From the IMG/VR virus record IMGVR_UViG_3300045999_003786, positions 1-60,976 of that record: 60,976 bases of DNA. The stretch is one strand, 5' to 3'. Within the stretch, counting starts at the first letter, position 1. Every line of letters begins with the position of its first letter. Shown here one piece after another: positions 1-7,675 of the stretch. This DNA comes from a virus (lineage: Duplodnaviria > Caudoviricetes). Under the pieces are notes generated by a model that had not been told where the DNA came from, ran no database searches, and worked only from the letters and a program-made list of their open reading frames with translations. Both the position numbers and the translations under genes were made by a program.

Positions 1-30
1 CTAATACTGCGCCATAATAGGAGCTAACTC

Positions 31-939
31 ATGGCTATTTCTCGTTCCCAATTAGTCGCCGAACTTGAGCCGGGTCTTAACGCTCTGTTTGGTATGGAGT
101 ACGACAACTACGAAAATGAGCACACGGAGATTTATTCAATCGAATCTTCTGACCGCGCATTTGAAGAAGAAGTTATGCTCTCCGGTTTTGGCGAAGCACC
201 CGTGAAGTCTGAAGGCGCGGGTGTCGAGTACGACAACGCGCAAGAAGTCTACACCGCTCGCTACACCCACGAAACCATTGCTCTGGCGTTCAGCCTGACC
301 GAAGAAGCCGTAGAAGACAACCTCTACGACCGTCTGTCTGTGCGTTACACCAAGGCTCTGGCTCGCTCAATGGCTCAGACCAAGCAGATCAAAGCAGCTG
401 CTATTCTGAACGGTGCATTCACCACCTCTATCGGTGGCGACGGCAAGCCCCTGTGTGCGACAGATCACCCCGCGTTGAGCGGTCCGGATCTGCGTAACGA
501 GCTGACTGTATCGGCAGACCTCTCTGAAACCTCCTTGGAGCAGGCGTTGATCGACATCGCTGCCTTCACTGATGAGCGCGGCTTGAAGATTGCGATTCAG
601 GGTCTGAAGCTGATCATCCCGAAAGAGCTGCAGTTCACTGCGGACCGCATCATGAAGTCAACCCTGCGCGTAGGCACAGCGGATAACGACATTAACGCGA
701 TCCGCAACATGGGCATGGTTCCGCAGGGCTACACTGTTAACCACTTCCTCGTCGATCCAGATGCGTTCTTCATCAAGACCGATGCGCCTAACGGCATGAA
801 GATGTTTAACCGTGCTGCGATCAAAACCGGCTTTGAAGGTGACTTCGATACTGGTAACGTTCGCTACAAAGCAAGGGAGCGGTACAGCTTCGGCTTCTCT
901 GATCCTCGCGGAATATTCGGTTCACCCGGTACTCCGTAA
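31..939 (+). CDS. Major capsid protein (HK97 fold, Mu gpT-like family), allele A
   Basis: MAISRSQL..ELEPGLNALFG N-terminus and GDFDTGNVRYKARERYSFG..DPRG C-terminus are typical of this capsid family. SD AGGAG; strong terminator follows. Confidence 0.9.
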   Translation: MAISRSQLVAELEPGLNALFGMEYDNYENEHTEIYSIESSDRAFEEEVMLSGFGEAPVKSEGAGVEYDNAQEVYTARYTHETIALAFSLTEEAVEDNLYDRLSVRYTKALARSMAQTKQIKAAAILNGAFTTSIGGDGKPLCATDHPALSGPDLRNELTVSADLSETSLEQALIDIAAFTDERGLKIAIQGLKLIIPKELQFTADRIMKSTLRVGTADNDINAIRNMGMVPQGYTVNHFLVDPDAFFIKTDAPNGMKMFNRAAIKTGFEGDFDTGNVRYKARERYSFGFSDPRGIFGSPGTP

Positions 940-973
940 CTTCCAGAAAGGGTCAGGTGACTGGCGACCCACT

Positions 974-995
974 AGGGCCCTTCGGGGCCCTTTTT
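974..995 (+). terminator. Rho-independent terminator after capsid gene
   Basis: AGGGCCC-TTCG-GGGCCCT followed by a T run; UUCG tetraloop. Confidence 0.9.
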
Positions 996-1041
996 ATTGT
1001 AACGGGAAAACAACAATTTATGGGCTTGGTTTTCCGGTACA

Positions 1042-1070
1042 TTGACCCGCCACCCGTAACTTGGTATAAA
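1042..1070 (+). promoter_or_regulatory. sigma70-like promoter for the post-capsid operon
   Basis: TTGACC-17 nt-TATAAA; the predicted start site lies just upstream of the structured RNA at 1080. Confidence 0.65.
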
Positions 1071-1079
1071 TGTCGCATT

Positions 1080-1154
1080 CTCGGAACACTTTACGCGCTG
1101 CAGACCGACCGAGCGGACGACATGCAGACTGAAGCGCACTACTCGCATGTGAGG
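1080..1154 (+). ncRNA. Pseudoknotted structured RNA leader, probably the Mu-gpT-DE motif
   Basis: CTCGG(1080-84)/CCGAG(1109-13) crosses GCGCT(1095-99)/AGCGC(1133-37). Copy B shows a compensatory change (CCCGG/CCGGG). Position downstream of a gpT-like capsid gene matches the described Mu-gpT-DE context (recalled, not searched). Confidence 0.65.
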
Positions 1155-1162
1155 ATTTCATT

Positions 1163-1882
1163 ATGTCGGCTACTCATTACTCCGGTCCGTTACTCTATTC
1201 TGGCGCAAACACAAGCGCGCTCTTCGCTGGTATGACTGACATGCCCATTGGCATCGATCTGTCAGTATTTTCACTACTTGATGACTTTGTCGGTGTTGCG
1301 ATAGACACAACAAACAGCTGGACTGTGGTCAAGGACTCCAGCGCTGCCGTTGCTATCGTCGCTGACACGGTCGGCGGTGAAGTAGCACTGACCTCTGCTG
1401 CCACAACTGACAACGACGGCGCCTCGATTCAGGGCAACGAAATTTTCGCAGTTGCTGCAGACAAAAACATCTACTTTTCAACGCGTCTGAAGTGCAACGA
1501 CGCTGACCAGACTGACATTTGTGTTGGTTTGACGTTGAACTTTGCAACTAACCCAGAAGCAATGTTGACTGCAACTGACCGCATTGTGTTTCAAGTGGAC
1601 GACGGTGACGCATCAATCCTGTGCAAAACCGAGAAGAACGGCACGGAGACCAGTACCGACTCTGGTGTTGACTTGGCTGATGACACCTACGCTGTGCTGT
1701 CTTTTAACGTCGCCAGCACCGGCAGCGTGACGTTTTTTGTTAACGGGCGAAAAGTTGCGCAGCACACCACCAACATCCCTGATGACGAAAACTTAGCGTT
1801 GGCAGCGATGAGCTTGTCTGGTTCAGCCACCGGCACCCGCGCAACCACGTTGGACTACATCATCGGTGCGCAAACTCGCTAA
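1163..1882 (+). CDS. Putative virion structural/decoration protein (beta-rich)
   Basis: 239 aa, Thr/Asp/Ala rich, directly after the capsid gene, SD GAGG. Function inferred from position. Confidence 0.6.
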   Translation: MSATHYSGPLLYSGANTSALFAGMTDMPIGIDLSVFSLLDDFVGVAIDTTNSWTVVKDSSAAVAIVADTVGGEVALTSAATTDNDGASIQGNEIFAVAADKNIYFSTRLKCNDADQTDICVGLTLNFATNPEAMLTATDRIVFQVDDGDASILCKTEKNGTETSTDSGVDLADDTYAVLSFNVASTGSVTFFVNGRKVAQHTTNIPDDENLALAAMSLSGSATGTRATTLDYIIGAQTR

Positions 1883-1892
1883 GGAGTGATCC

Positions 1893-2027
1893 ATGAGTGA
1901 CGTTGAAAAGGCTAAAAAACCGGCCAAAAAGACCACCAAGGAACAAACACCTGCGCCTGTTGAGCTGCCTGCTGTGGGCTCAGCTGCGCGAAAAGCGATG
2001 ATCCTGCAGGGTCTCATTAAGGAGTAA
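1893..2027 (+). CDS. Small hypothetical protein (44 aa, not in ORF track)
   Basis: AAGGAG SD, then MSDVEKAKKPAKK...LQGLIKE*; fills the operon gap. Confidence 0.7.
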   Translation: MSDVEKAKKPAKKTTKEQTPAPVELPAVGSAARKAMILQGLIKE

Positions 2028-2032
2028 ATCGC

Positions 2033-2335
2033 ATGAGCTTCAGCAATATTCAATCGGTCACCAAGACTGCAGATGCCTCTGCGGTCGTTGGGAGGTGCAG
2101 ATTGGTGGGGGTTTACTTCACCAACACTGGCACGGCAGCTTCCTTTGCGCTTAAAGACGGCACGACTACCGCTGGCACAGCAAAGCTCACGATCTTCACG
2201 CCGGCAGCGGCGGGCGGCGCGGATGTGATCATTCCGGATATGGGTATCCTGTTTGAAACAGGCATATTCATTGACGTTGCAAGCGCAGAAGTGTTGAGTG
2301 TAACGCTGTTATTTGAAGGCGGAGCGGCTGCCTAA
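2033..2335 (+). CDS. Hypothetical virion protein
   Basis: 100 aa, SD AAGGAG, operon-coupled. Confidence 0.7.
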   Translation: MSFSNIQSVTKTADASAVVGRCRLVGVYFTNTGTAASFALKDGTTTAGTAKLTIFTPAAAGGADVIIPDMGILFETGIFIDVASAEVLSVTLLFEGGAAA

Positions 2336-2619
2336 TGGCTACCAAGGGCATGGGGATTAAAACCTCCGTGAAATCCGGCAACTTCCGCCCCACTAAAAAA
2401 GGGGCGGGAATGACGGAGAAGGGCGTTGCGGCGTACCGCAAGGCCAATCCGGGTAGCAAGCTCAAGACAGCGGTAACGGAAGACAAGCCCACCGGCAAGA
2501 GAGCGGAGAGACGAAAGTCCTACTGCGCGAGGTCTGCGGGGCAGATGCGTGACTTCCCAGAGGCCGCAAAAGATCCGAACAGTCGGCTAAGACAGGCCCG
2601 AAAACGGTGGAAGTGCTGA
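2335..2619 (+). CDS. Small basic conserved phage protein (DUF6321-like)
   Basis: K/R-rich, with NPGSKLKTAVT..RRKSYCARS..PNSRLRQARKRWKC; TAATG coupling. Confidence 0.65.
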   Translation: MATKGMGIKTSVKSGNFRPTKKGAGMTEKGVAAYRKANPGSKLKTAVTEDKPTGKRAERRKSYCARSAGQMRDFPEAAKDPNSRLRQARKRWKC

Positions 2620-2795
2620 TGGCAAAATCAACGGTAAACAAGGCTGGAAACTACACGAAGCCAACCCTTCGCAAGCGGCTTTTCGAAGAGATTAAGGCCG
2701 GCGGAAAGGGCGGCAGTCCGGGGCAGTGGTCCGCGCGCAAGGCACAAATGTTGGCGCTGAAGTACAAGGCTTCTGGTGGGGGTTATAAAGACTGA
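2619..2795 (+). CDS. Small basic conserved phage protein
   Basis: MAKSTVNKAGNYTKP...GQWSARKAQ..YKASGGGY; TGATG-coupled start at 2619. Confidence 0.7.
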   Translation: MAKSTVNKAGNYTKPTLRKRLFEEIKAGGKGGSPGQWSARKAQMLALKYKASGGGYKD

Positions 2796-3058
2796 TGGCC
2801 CTGAAAAAACCCCAACAATCCCTGAAGGCGTGGGGCGATCAGAAGTGGCGCACCAAGTCTGGCAAGCCCTCGACGCAGGGTCCCAAGGCAACGGGTGAGC
2901 GTTACTTGCCGGAGAAGGCGATTGGCGCTTTAAGCAGTGCCGAGTACGCAGCAACATCAAGAAAAAAACGTGCAGATACAGCAAAGGGTGTGCAGTTTAG
3001 CAAGCAACCCAAGAAGGTAGCTGCAAAAGTAAAATCGTATCGAAATCGAGGTAAGTAA
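2795..3058 (+). CDS. Small basic conserved phage protein (DUF5872-like)
   Basis: QQSLKAWGDQKWRTKSGKPS...GERYLP motif; translational coupling. Confidence 0.65.
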   Translation: MALKKPQQSLKAWGDQKWRTKSGKPSTQGPKATGERYLPEKAIGALSSAEYAATSRKKRADTAKGVQFSKQPKKVAAKVKSYRNRGK

Positions 3059-3059
3059 C

Positions 3060-3278
3060 ATGGCCGGACGTGGAATGGGTGCAGCAACAAGGGGCGGCGG
3101 AGCCGTTGAGCAAGGTCCAAAAAACAAGATGATCTCTGAGACCAGCAAGAAAACTGGCCCGGTCATGATGGCAAAGGGTGGTCTGGCTGACAAAAAAGGC
3201 CGTGCCATGAAGAAGAAAGGCAAAGACGCTATGGGCCGCGCGATGAAAATGCGCAAAGGCGGGATGGCGTGTGATTAA
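3060..3278 (+). CDS. Small Met/Lys/Gly-rich protein with MAKGG/MRKGG motifs
   Basis: SD GAGGT; 72 aa basic low-complexity protein in the structural operon. Confidence 0.7.
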   Translation: MAGRGMGAATRGGGAVEQGPKNKMISETSKKTGPVMMAKGGLADKKGRAMKKKGKDAMGRAMKMRKGGMACD

Positions 3279-3943
3279 TGGCTACCTCCGGAACAACAGA
3301 CTTTAACCTGCAGATCGACGACCTTATTGAAGAGGCGTTCGAGCGTTGCGGCATGCGGATGACGGCAGGTTACCAGCTATCGTCTGCGCGTCGCTCATTA
3401 AACCTGTTGTTCTTGGACTGGGCTAACCGTGGCCTGAACCTGTGGACCATTGAGGAGTCAACGATTGCACTGACGCAGGGCAGCCGGGTGTTGAACCTTC
3501 CGCTGGACACGGTCAACGTGCTGTCGGCGGTGATCCGGCAGACCACAACCGGGCAGCAGCAGGATGTCTCCATCGACCGCATCAGTCGCGAGGAGTACTT
3601 GGACCTGCCGAACAAGCTGACGCAGGCAAGACCTGCACAGTTCTACGTGGAACGCTCTAACACGCCGCAGGTGTTTTTGTACCCTTCTGCCGATCAGAAC
3701 TACACCTTCGTGTACTACCGGATTCGCCGCATTGAAGATGCTGGCGCTTACGGCAATACGTCGGACGTGAACTTCCGGTTTCTCCCCTGTCTGGCCTCGG
3801 GTCTCGCCTACATGCTGTCGCTGAAGTACAGTCCGGATCGAACCGGCGCACTGAAGCAGATGTATGAAGAAGACTTCCAAAGAGCGGCATTGGAGGATAG
3901 GGACACGGCCAGTTTCCACATAGTGCCTGACTTCGGGGTGTGA
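3278..3943 (+). CDS. Putative head-tail adaptor/connector protein
   Basis: IEEAFERCG..ARRSLNLLFLDWANRGLNLWT and LASGLAY.L..KY helical pattern typical of podovirus adaptor proteins; position after head genes. Confidence 0.6.
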   Translation: MATSGTTDFNLQIDDLIEEAFERCGMRMTAGYQLSSARRSLNLLFLDWANRGLNLWTIEESTIALTQGSRVLNLPLDTVNVLSAVIRQTTTGQQQDVSIDRISREEYLDLPNKLTQARPAQFYVERSNTPQVFLYPSADQNYTFVYYRIRRIEDAGAYGNTSDVNFRFLPCLASGLAYMLSLKYSPDRTGALKQMYEEDFQRAALEDRDTASFHIVPDFGV

Positions 3944-3944
3944 C

Positions 3945-4295
3945 ATGGCATTTGCGTCAGGTAAATATTCTTACGCGCTGTGCGACACTTGTGGGCAGCG
4001 ATACCCGTACAAAGTATTGCGTAAAAACTGGCGTGGCTTCATGGTTTGCCCCGACGACTATGAGCCTAAAGAGCCGCAGCTGCAGCCTTTACGGTATACT
4101 GGCGATGCAATTGCGCTGCGTGATCCAAGACCGGACAGGGTGGAGCCGCAGGTGATTTTCGTAGGCTTACCGGGTGACGCAGCCTTCCAGAGTATCGGTA
4201 GCGCAAATGGCGGCACAAACATGCAGCCTTTCCCTGAGCAGAACGCGGTTCAGGGCGTTGGTTCCATTGGCAAAGTGACTATAGTGATAACCTGA
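3945..4295 (+). CDS. Zn-finger-containing hypothetical protein
   Basis: CDTCG...VCPDDYEPKEPQL..ALRDPRPD. Confidence 0.7.
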   Translation: MAFASGKYSYALCDTCGQRYPYKVLRKNWRGFMVCPDDYEPKEPQLQPLRYTGDAIALRDPRPDRVEPQVIFVGLPGDAAFQSIGSANGGTNMQPFPEQNAVQGVGSIGKVTIVIT

Positions 4296-4951
4296 TGAAC
4301 TACAGCGAGCTGGTCACAAATATCCGAAACTACACCAACGTTGACGCCAACGTCTTCAGCAATTCCGTGATTGATACGTTTATCACGATGGCTGAGAACA
4401 GGATCTTGCGCGACATTGATTTGGACGTATTCAAGAAAGAATCCACCGGCACGATGACCACCGGCAACCGATTTCTGGCATCCCCCAGCGACATTCTGAC
4501 GCATCGGTACATGTTCATTACCGTTGGGACTGACAAAGTTTATTTGGATTTTCGCGACACTTCCTTCATGCGTGAGTTCTGGCCGAACCCCTCTTTGACG
4601 GGTGTGCCGAAGTACTATGCGGTGTGGGATCAAGATACCTTTAACATTGCGCCAACGCCCAACGCGAACTACGTGGTTGAGCTAGGGTACATCTTCCGTC
4701 CAGCGCAGCTCTCTGCGGCCAATCCAACGACGTGGATCAGCACGAACGCCCCCGAGGCGCTGCTGTACGCATGCCTGATTCAGGCATACAGTTACACCAA
4801 GGGTCCAGCTGAAATGCTTGGCTACTTCGACAACAGCTACAAGCTGGCAATACAGGGCTTGGGCATTGAGCAGCAGGGTCGCCGACGTCGTGACGAGTTC
4901 CGAGACGGCATGATTCGTATACCGATTAAATCTGAATCACCGGGACCATAA
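4295..4951 (+). CDS. Putative neck/adaptor protein
   Basis: MNYSEL...FITMAENRI..G.PKYYA...APTP...LLYACL pattern of phage adaptor proteins. Confidence 0.6.
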   Translation: MNYSELVTNIRNYTNVDANVFSNSVIDTFITMAENRILRDIDLDVFKKESTGTMTTGNRFLASPSDILTHRYMFITVGTDKVYLDFRDTSFMREFWPNPSLTGVPKYYAVWDQDTFNIAPTPNANYVVELGYIFRPAQLSAANPTTWISTNAPEALLYACLIQAYSYTKGPAEMLGYFDNSYKLAIQGLGIEQQGRRRRDEFRDGMIRIPIKSESPGP

Positions 4952-4953
4952 CC

Positions 4954-5241
4954 ATGTTCAGCACAACAGGCGGCGCAGCACTAGGCATTATCAAGGCATC
5001 ATCCGTCTCGGGTCGGGGCTTTACGCCTGAAGAGCTGGCCGAGGGTGCACTGGACAAGATCATCTACATCGGCAGAAGCTCAGACCCGGTCATCCGCGCG
5101 CAGGCTGAAGCCTACCGTGAACAGATCAGGGTTGTGCTGGTAGCGGCGATGCACCAAGCTATACGTTCCAACCACACCACTTTGATGAACCGCTTCCGCG
5201 CCGCTGGGCACCCGGAACTCGTAAAATTACTGGAGAGTTAA
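4954..5241 (+). CDS. Hypothetical protein
   Basis: 95 aa in-operon ORF. Confidence 0.7.
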   Translation: MFSTTGGAALGIIKASSVSGRGFTPEELAEGALDKIIYIGRSSDPVIRAQAEAYREQIRVVLVAAMHQAIRSNHTTLMNRFRAAGHPELVKLLES

Positions 5242-5242
5242 C

Positions 5243-5701
5243 ATGCCTATTAGCATAACAACCGCAATGCCCACCAGCTTTAAAGTTGAGCTGTTTAAAG
5301 CTGTACACAACTTTACTGCGTCCACTGGTAACACCTTTAAGATTGCGCTGCTCAAGGCAGCTGCTTCTGGTTCCGGCACGTATGGCGCTGCGACCACTAG
5401 CTACACCAACTTGAGTACGGACGAGCTGGCAAACGGCAGCGGTTACACCACGGGAGGCAATACATTGGTTTCCGTCACCCCAGTGGCAGACGGCACCACA
5501 GCTATTTGTGACTTTTCGGATACTACGTGGAGTTCATCCTCGTTTACTACCTCTGGCGCTCTGATCTATAACGACACCGCAACAGGTGATCCTGCGTGTG
5601 CGGTGTTGAGTTTTGGTGGTGACCAGACAGTGAGTTCAGGTGACTTCCAAATTCAATTTCCAGTTGCTGCAGCCGCGACCGCGATTATTCGAATAGCGTA
5701 A
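5243..5701 (+). CDS. Virion structural protein (tail-associated)
   Basis: TSFKVEL..HNF...FKIAL...GYTTGG..L motif; Thr/Ser rich; SD GGAG. Confidence 0.6.
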   Translation: MPISITTAMPTSFKVELFKAVHNFTASTGNTFKIALLKAAASGSGTYGAATTSYTNLSTDELANGSGYTTGGNTLVSVTPVADGTTAICDFSDTTWSSSSFTTSGALIYNDTATGDPACAVLSFGGDQTVSSGDFQIQFPVAAAATAIIRIA

Positions 5702-5711
5702 GGACTAACCC

Positions 5712-6518
5712 ATGTCGTACCAAGGGCCTGTTCGAGCATGGGGTGACCTAGAATGGGGCGAAGGGTCTTGGGGCGGCATTGGTGTAGTTGTTGACCTCGG
5801 GCCTACGTGGGGCAACGGTGGCTGGGGCGAGGGTGCTTGGGGCGACAATGTTCTGATTGCCGTTTCCGCAACAGGCGCAGTAGGATCAATAACAATAGCG
5901 GTCTCAGACAGCGTAGTGCTGACAGGGGTGGAAGGAACAGGTGCTGTAGGCACGGTTCTTGTTGTAGTTGGCGATGCCGTAATACCGGTGGGCGTTGCGG
6001 GCACGGGTGCGGTAGGAACTGTAGCTACAAACTACAGCAGCGTCCAAATCCCAACCGGCGTACAAGGCGTCGGAGAGATGGGCGGCTTTGACGTACAGGT
6101 CGATGACATCGTCATCCCTGTTGGTGTTGAAGGCACTGGGTCCGTCGGTGCGGTAACATTCAGTGTTGGCACCGTTCTTAATGTAACGGGTGTTGTTGGA
6201 ACCGGCCAAATTGGCACCGCAGTTCCGGCGTATGAAAGAATAGTTGTAGTCAGTGGTGTTTCGGGCACAGGAAGCGTAGGGGCTGTAGCACTAGCGGTCG
6301 CTCCTACAGTCGTTGGCGTGGCTGCGTCCGGTGCAATAGGTACAGTAACAAACACCAGAAGTGCTAATGTTTTTCCCACTGGTGTTGCTGGCACAGGAAC
6401 CGTAGGAACAGTTAGAATCATCGGATGGACAGTGGTCCCTGATACACAGACCCCGAACTGGACAGGCGTAAACGATAGTCAGACCCCGAATTGGGTTGAA
6501 GTAAACATAGCAGCTTGA
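5712..6518 (+). CDS. Gly/Val/Thr-repeat virion protein with WG.G.WG motifs
   Basis: Repeated (V/P)TGVxGTGxVGxV units; N-terminal WGEGSWG/WGEGAWG; C-terminal DTQTPNW/DSQTPNW duplication. Confidence 0.65.
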   Translation: MSYQGPVRAWGDLEWGEGSWGGIGVVVDLGPTWGNGGWGEGAWGDNVLIAVSATGAVGSITIAVSDSVVLTGVEGTGAVGTVLVVVGDAVIPVGVAGTGAVGTVATNYSSVQIPTGVQGVGEMGGFDVQVDDIVIPVGVEGTGSVGAVTFSVGTVLNVTGVVGTGQIGTAVPAYERIVVVSGVSGTGSVGAVALAVAPTVVGVAASGAIGTVTNTRSANVFPTGVAGTGTVGTVRIIGWTVVPDTQTPNWTGVNDSQTPNWVEVNIAA

Positions 6519-6528
6519 GGATTACGAG

Positions 6529-7269
6529 ATGGCGACATACGTTAATGATCTGCGTCTTAAAGAGATCACCACAGGTGATGAGTCAGGCACATGGGGCACC
6601 AGCACCAACACCAACCTGTCTCTAATCGCTGATGCGTTTAGCCTTGGCACCAAGCAGATGGCCGCTGACGCCAACGAAACCTTCACGATGCCGGATGCGA
6701 CGGCGGACGGTACTCGCTCGCTGTACCTGAAGATCACCTCTGCAGTGTCCTTGACTGTAACGCGTACCGTTACACTTGGGCCGAACACGGTATCCAAGGT
6801 CTGGATCATCGAGAACGCTACGAGCGGCAGTCAGTCAATCACTATTTCGCAGGGCTCAGGTGCTACGGTGACCATTGCCACCGGCACAAAGGCGATGATA
6901 GTTAGTGATGGCGCGGGCGCGGGCGCAGCGGTCACGCTGGCAAACCCCACGGTGAGTTTGGCTTCTGGCGTTACGGGCACATTGCCAATCGCCAACGGCG
7001 GTACAGGCACTACCTCTACAACCTTTGCCAACCTGACTACCAACGTCACGGGCACACTTCCTGTCGGCAACGGCGGTACAGGCGCGACAACGCTGACTCT
7101 GAACAACGTGATTTTGGGCAACGGCACATCAGCCCCGCTGTTTGTAGCACCCGGCTCAAACGGTAACGTCCTGACCAGTAACGGCACAACGTGGCAATCA
7201 ACAACCCCAGCAGCGAGTGGAGCCTCCGTAGGCCAAGCCATCGCTTTCTCGTTAATTTTTGGTTTGTAA
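6529..7269 (+). CDS. Tail fibre (proximal) protein
   Basis: TGDESGTWGTSTNTNL N-terminus; two VTGTLP.xNGGTG fibre repeats; GNVLTSNGTTW. Confidence 0.65.
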   Translation: MATYVNDLRLKEITTGDESGTWGTSTNTNLSLIADAFSLGTKQMAADANETFTMPDATADGTRSLYLKITSAVSLTVTRTVTLGPNTVSKVWIIENATSGSQSITISQGSGATVTIATGTKAMIVSDGAGAGAAVTLANPTVSLASGVTGTLPIANGGTGTTSTTFANLTTNVTGTLPVGNGGTGATTLTLNNVILGNGTSAPLFVAPGSNGNVLTSNGTTWQSTTPAASGASVGQAIAFSLIFGL

Positions 7270-7281
7270 GGAGAAACTCAA

Positions 7282-7665
7282 ATGGCAAATCCCAATATCG
7301 TTGCCGTCACCAACATTGTTGGTAACACAAGTACCAATTTAATCAGCTCAACGGCTGACCCGTTTGCGACTGCGCTGGCAAGTAATGCTGCCTCAAGTGG
7401 CAAGGTCTTTAAGATCAACTCCATTGTGGCGGCTAACGTCGATGGCTCCTCTGCCTGCGACATCACGATCAAGATATTTTCGCAGGACGATCTGGGCGGG
7501 ACGGGTACTGCAATTGCCTCGACGATCTCTGTCCCTGCGGACGCAACGCTGATTATCACTGACAAGACCACAAGCTTCTATCTTTTAGAGGACAGGTCTA
7601 TTGGTGCTACGGCCAGCGCAGCGAATGATGTCGTTGTTACAGTATCGTGGGAAGAAATTACGTAA
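7282..7665 (+). CDS. Tail-associated small beta protein
   Basis: MANPNIV..KINSIVAANVDG..ISVPADATL..SWEEI; SD AAGGAG; similar layout to 20292-20624. Confidence 0.65.
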   Translation: MANPNIVAVTNIVGNTSTNLISSTADPFATALASNAASSGKVFKINSIVAANVDGSSACDITIKIFSQDDLGGTGTAIASTISVPADATLIITDKTTSFYLLEDRSIGATASAANDVVVTVSWEEIT

Positions 7666-7675
7666 GGAGTGTTTC

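Larger units (their letters stand above)
1..1845. repeat. Terminal overlap, copy A (matches 58163-60976; allele without homing endonuclease)
   Basis: Position 1 ctaatactgcgccataataggag recurs at 58163, and the window end ...ggcacccgcgcaac matches about 1832-1845. The copies differ by SNPs and by about 1 kb of extra sequence in copy B. This indicates a circular or permuted genome of about 58,162 bp. Confidence 0.95.

Noticed and set aside
1080-1154. HDV-like, hammerhead or known riboswitch identity for the RNA leader
   Set aside because: No P3 hairpin between P2 and P1' as HDV requires, no CUGAUGA/GAAA core, and no riboswitch consensus that I could match by eye.
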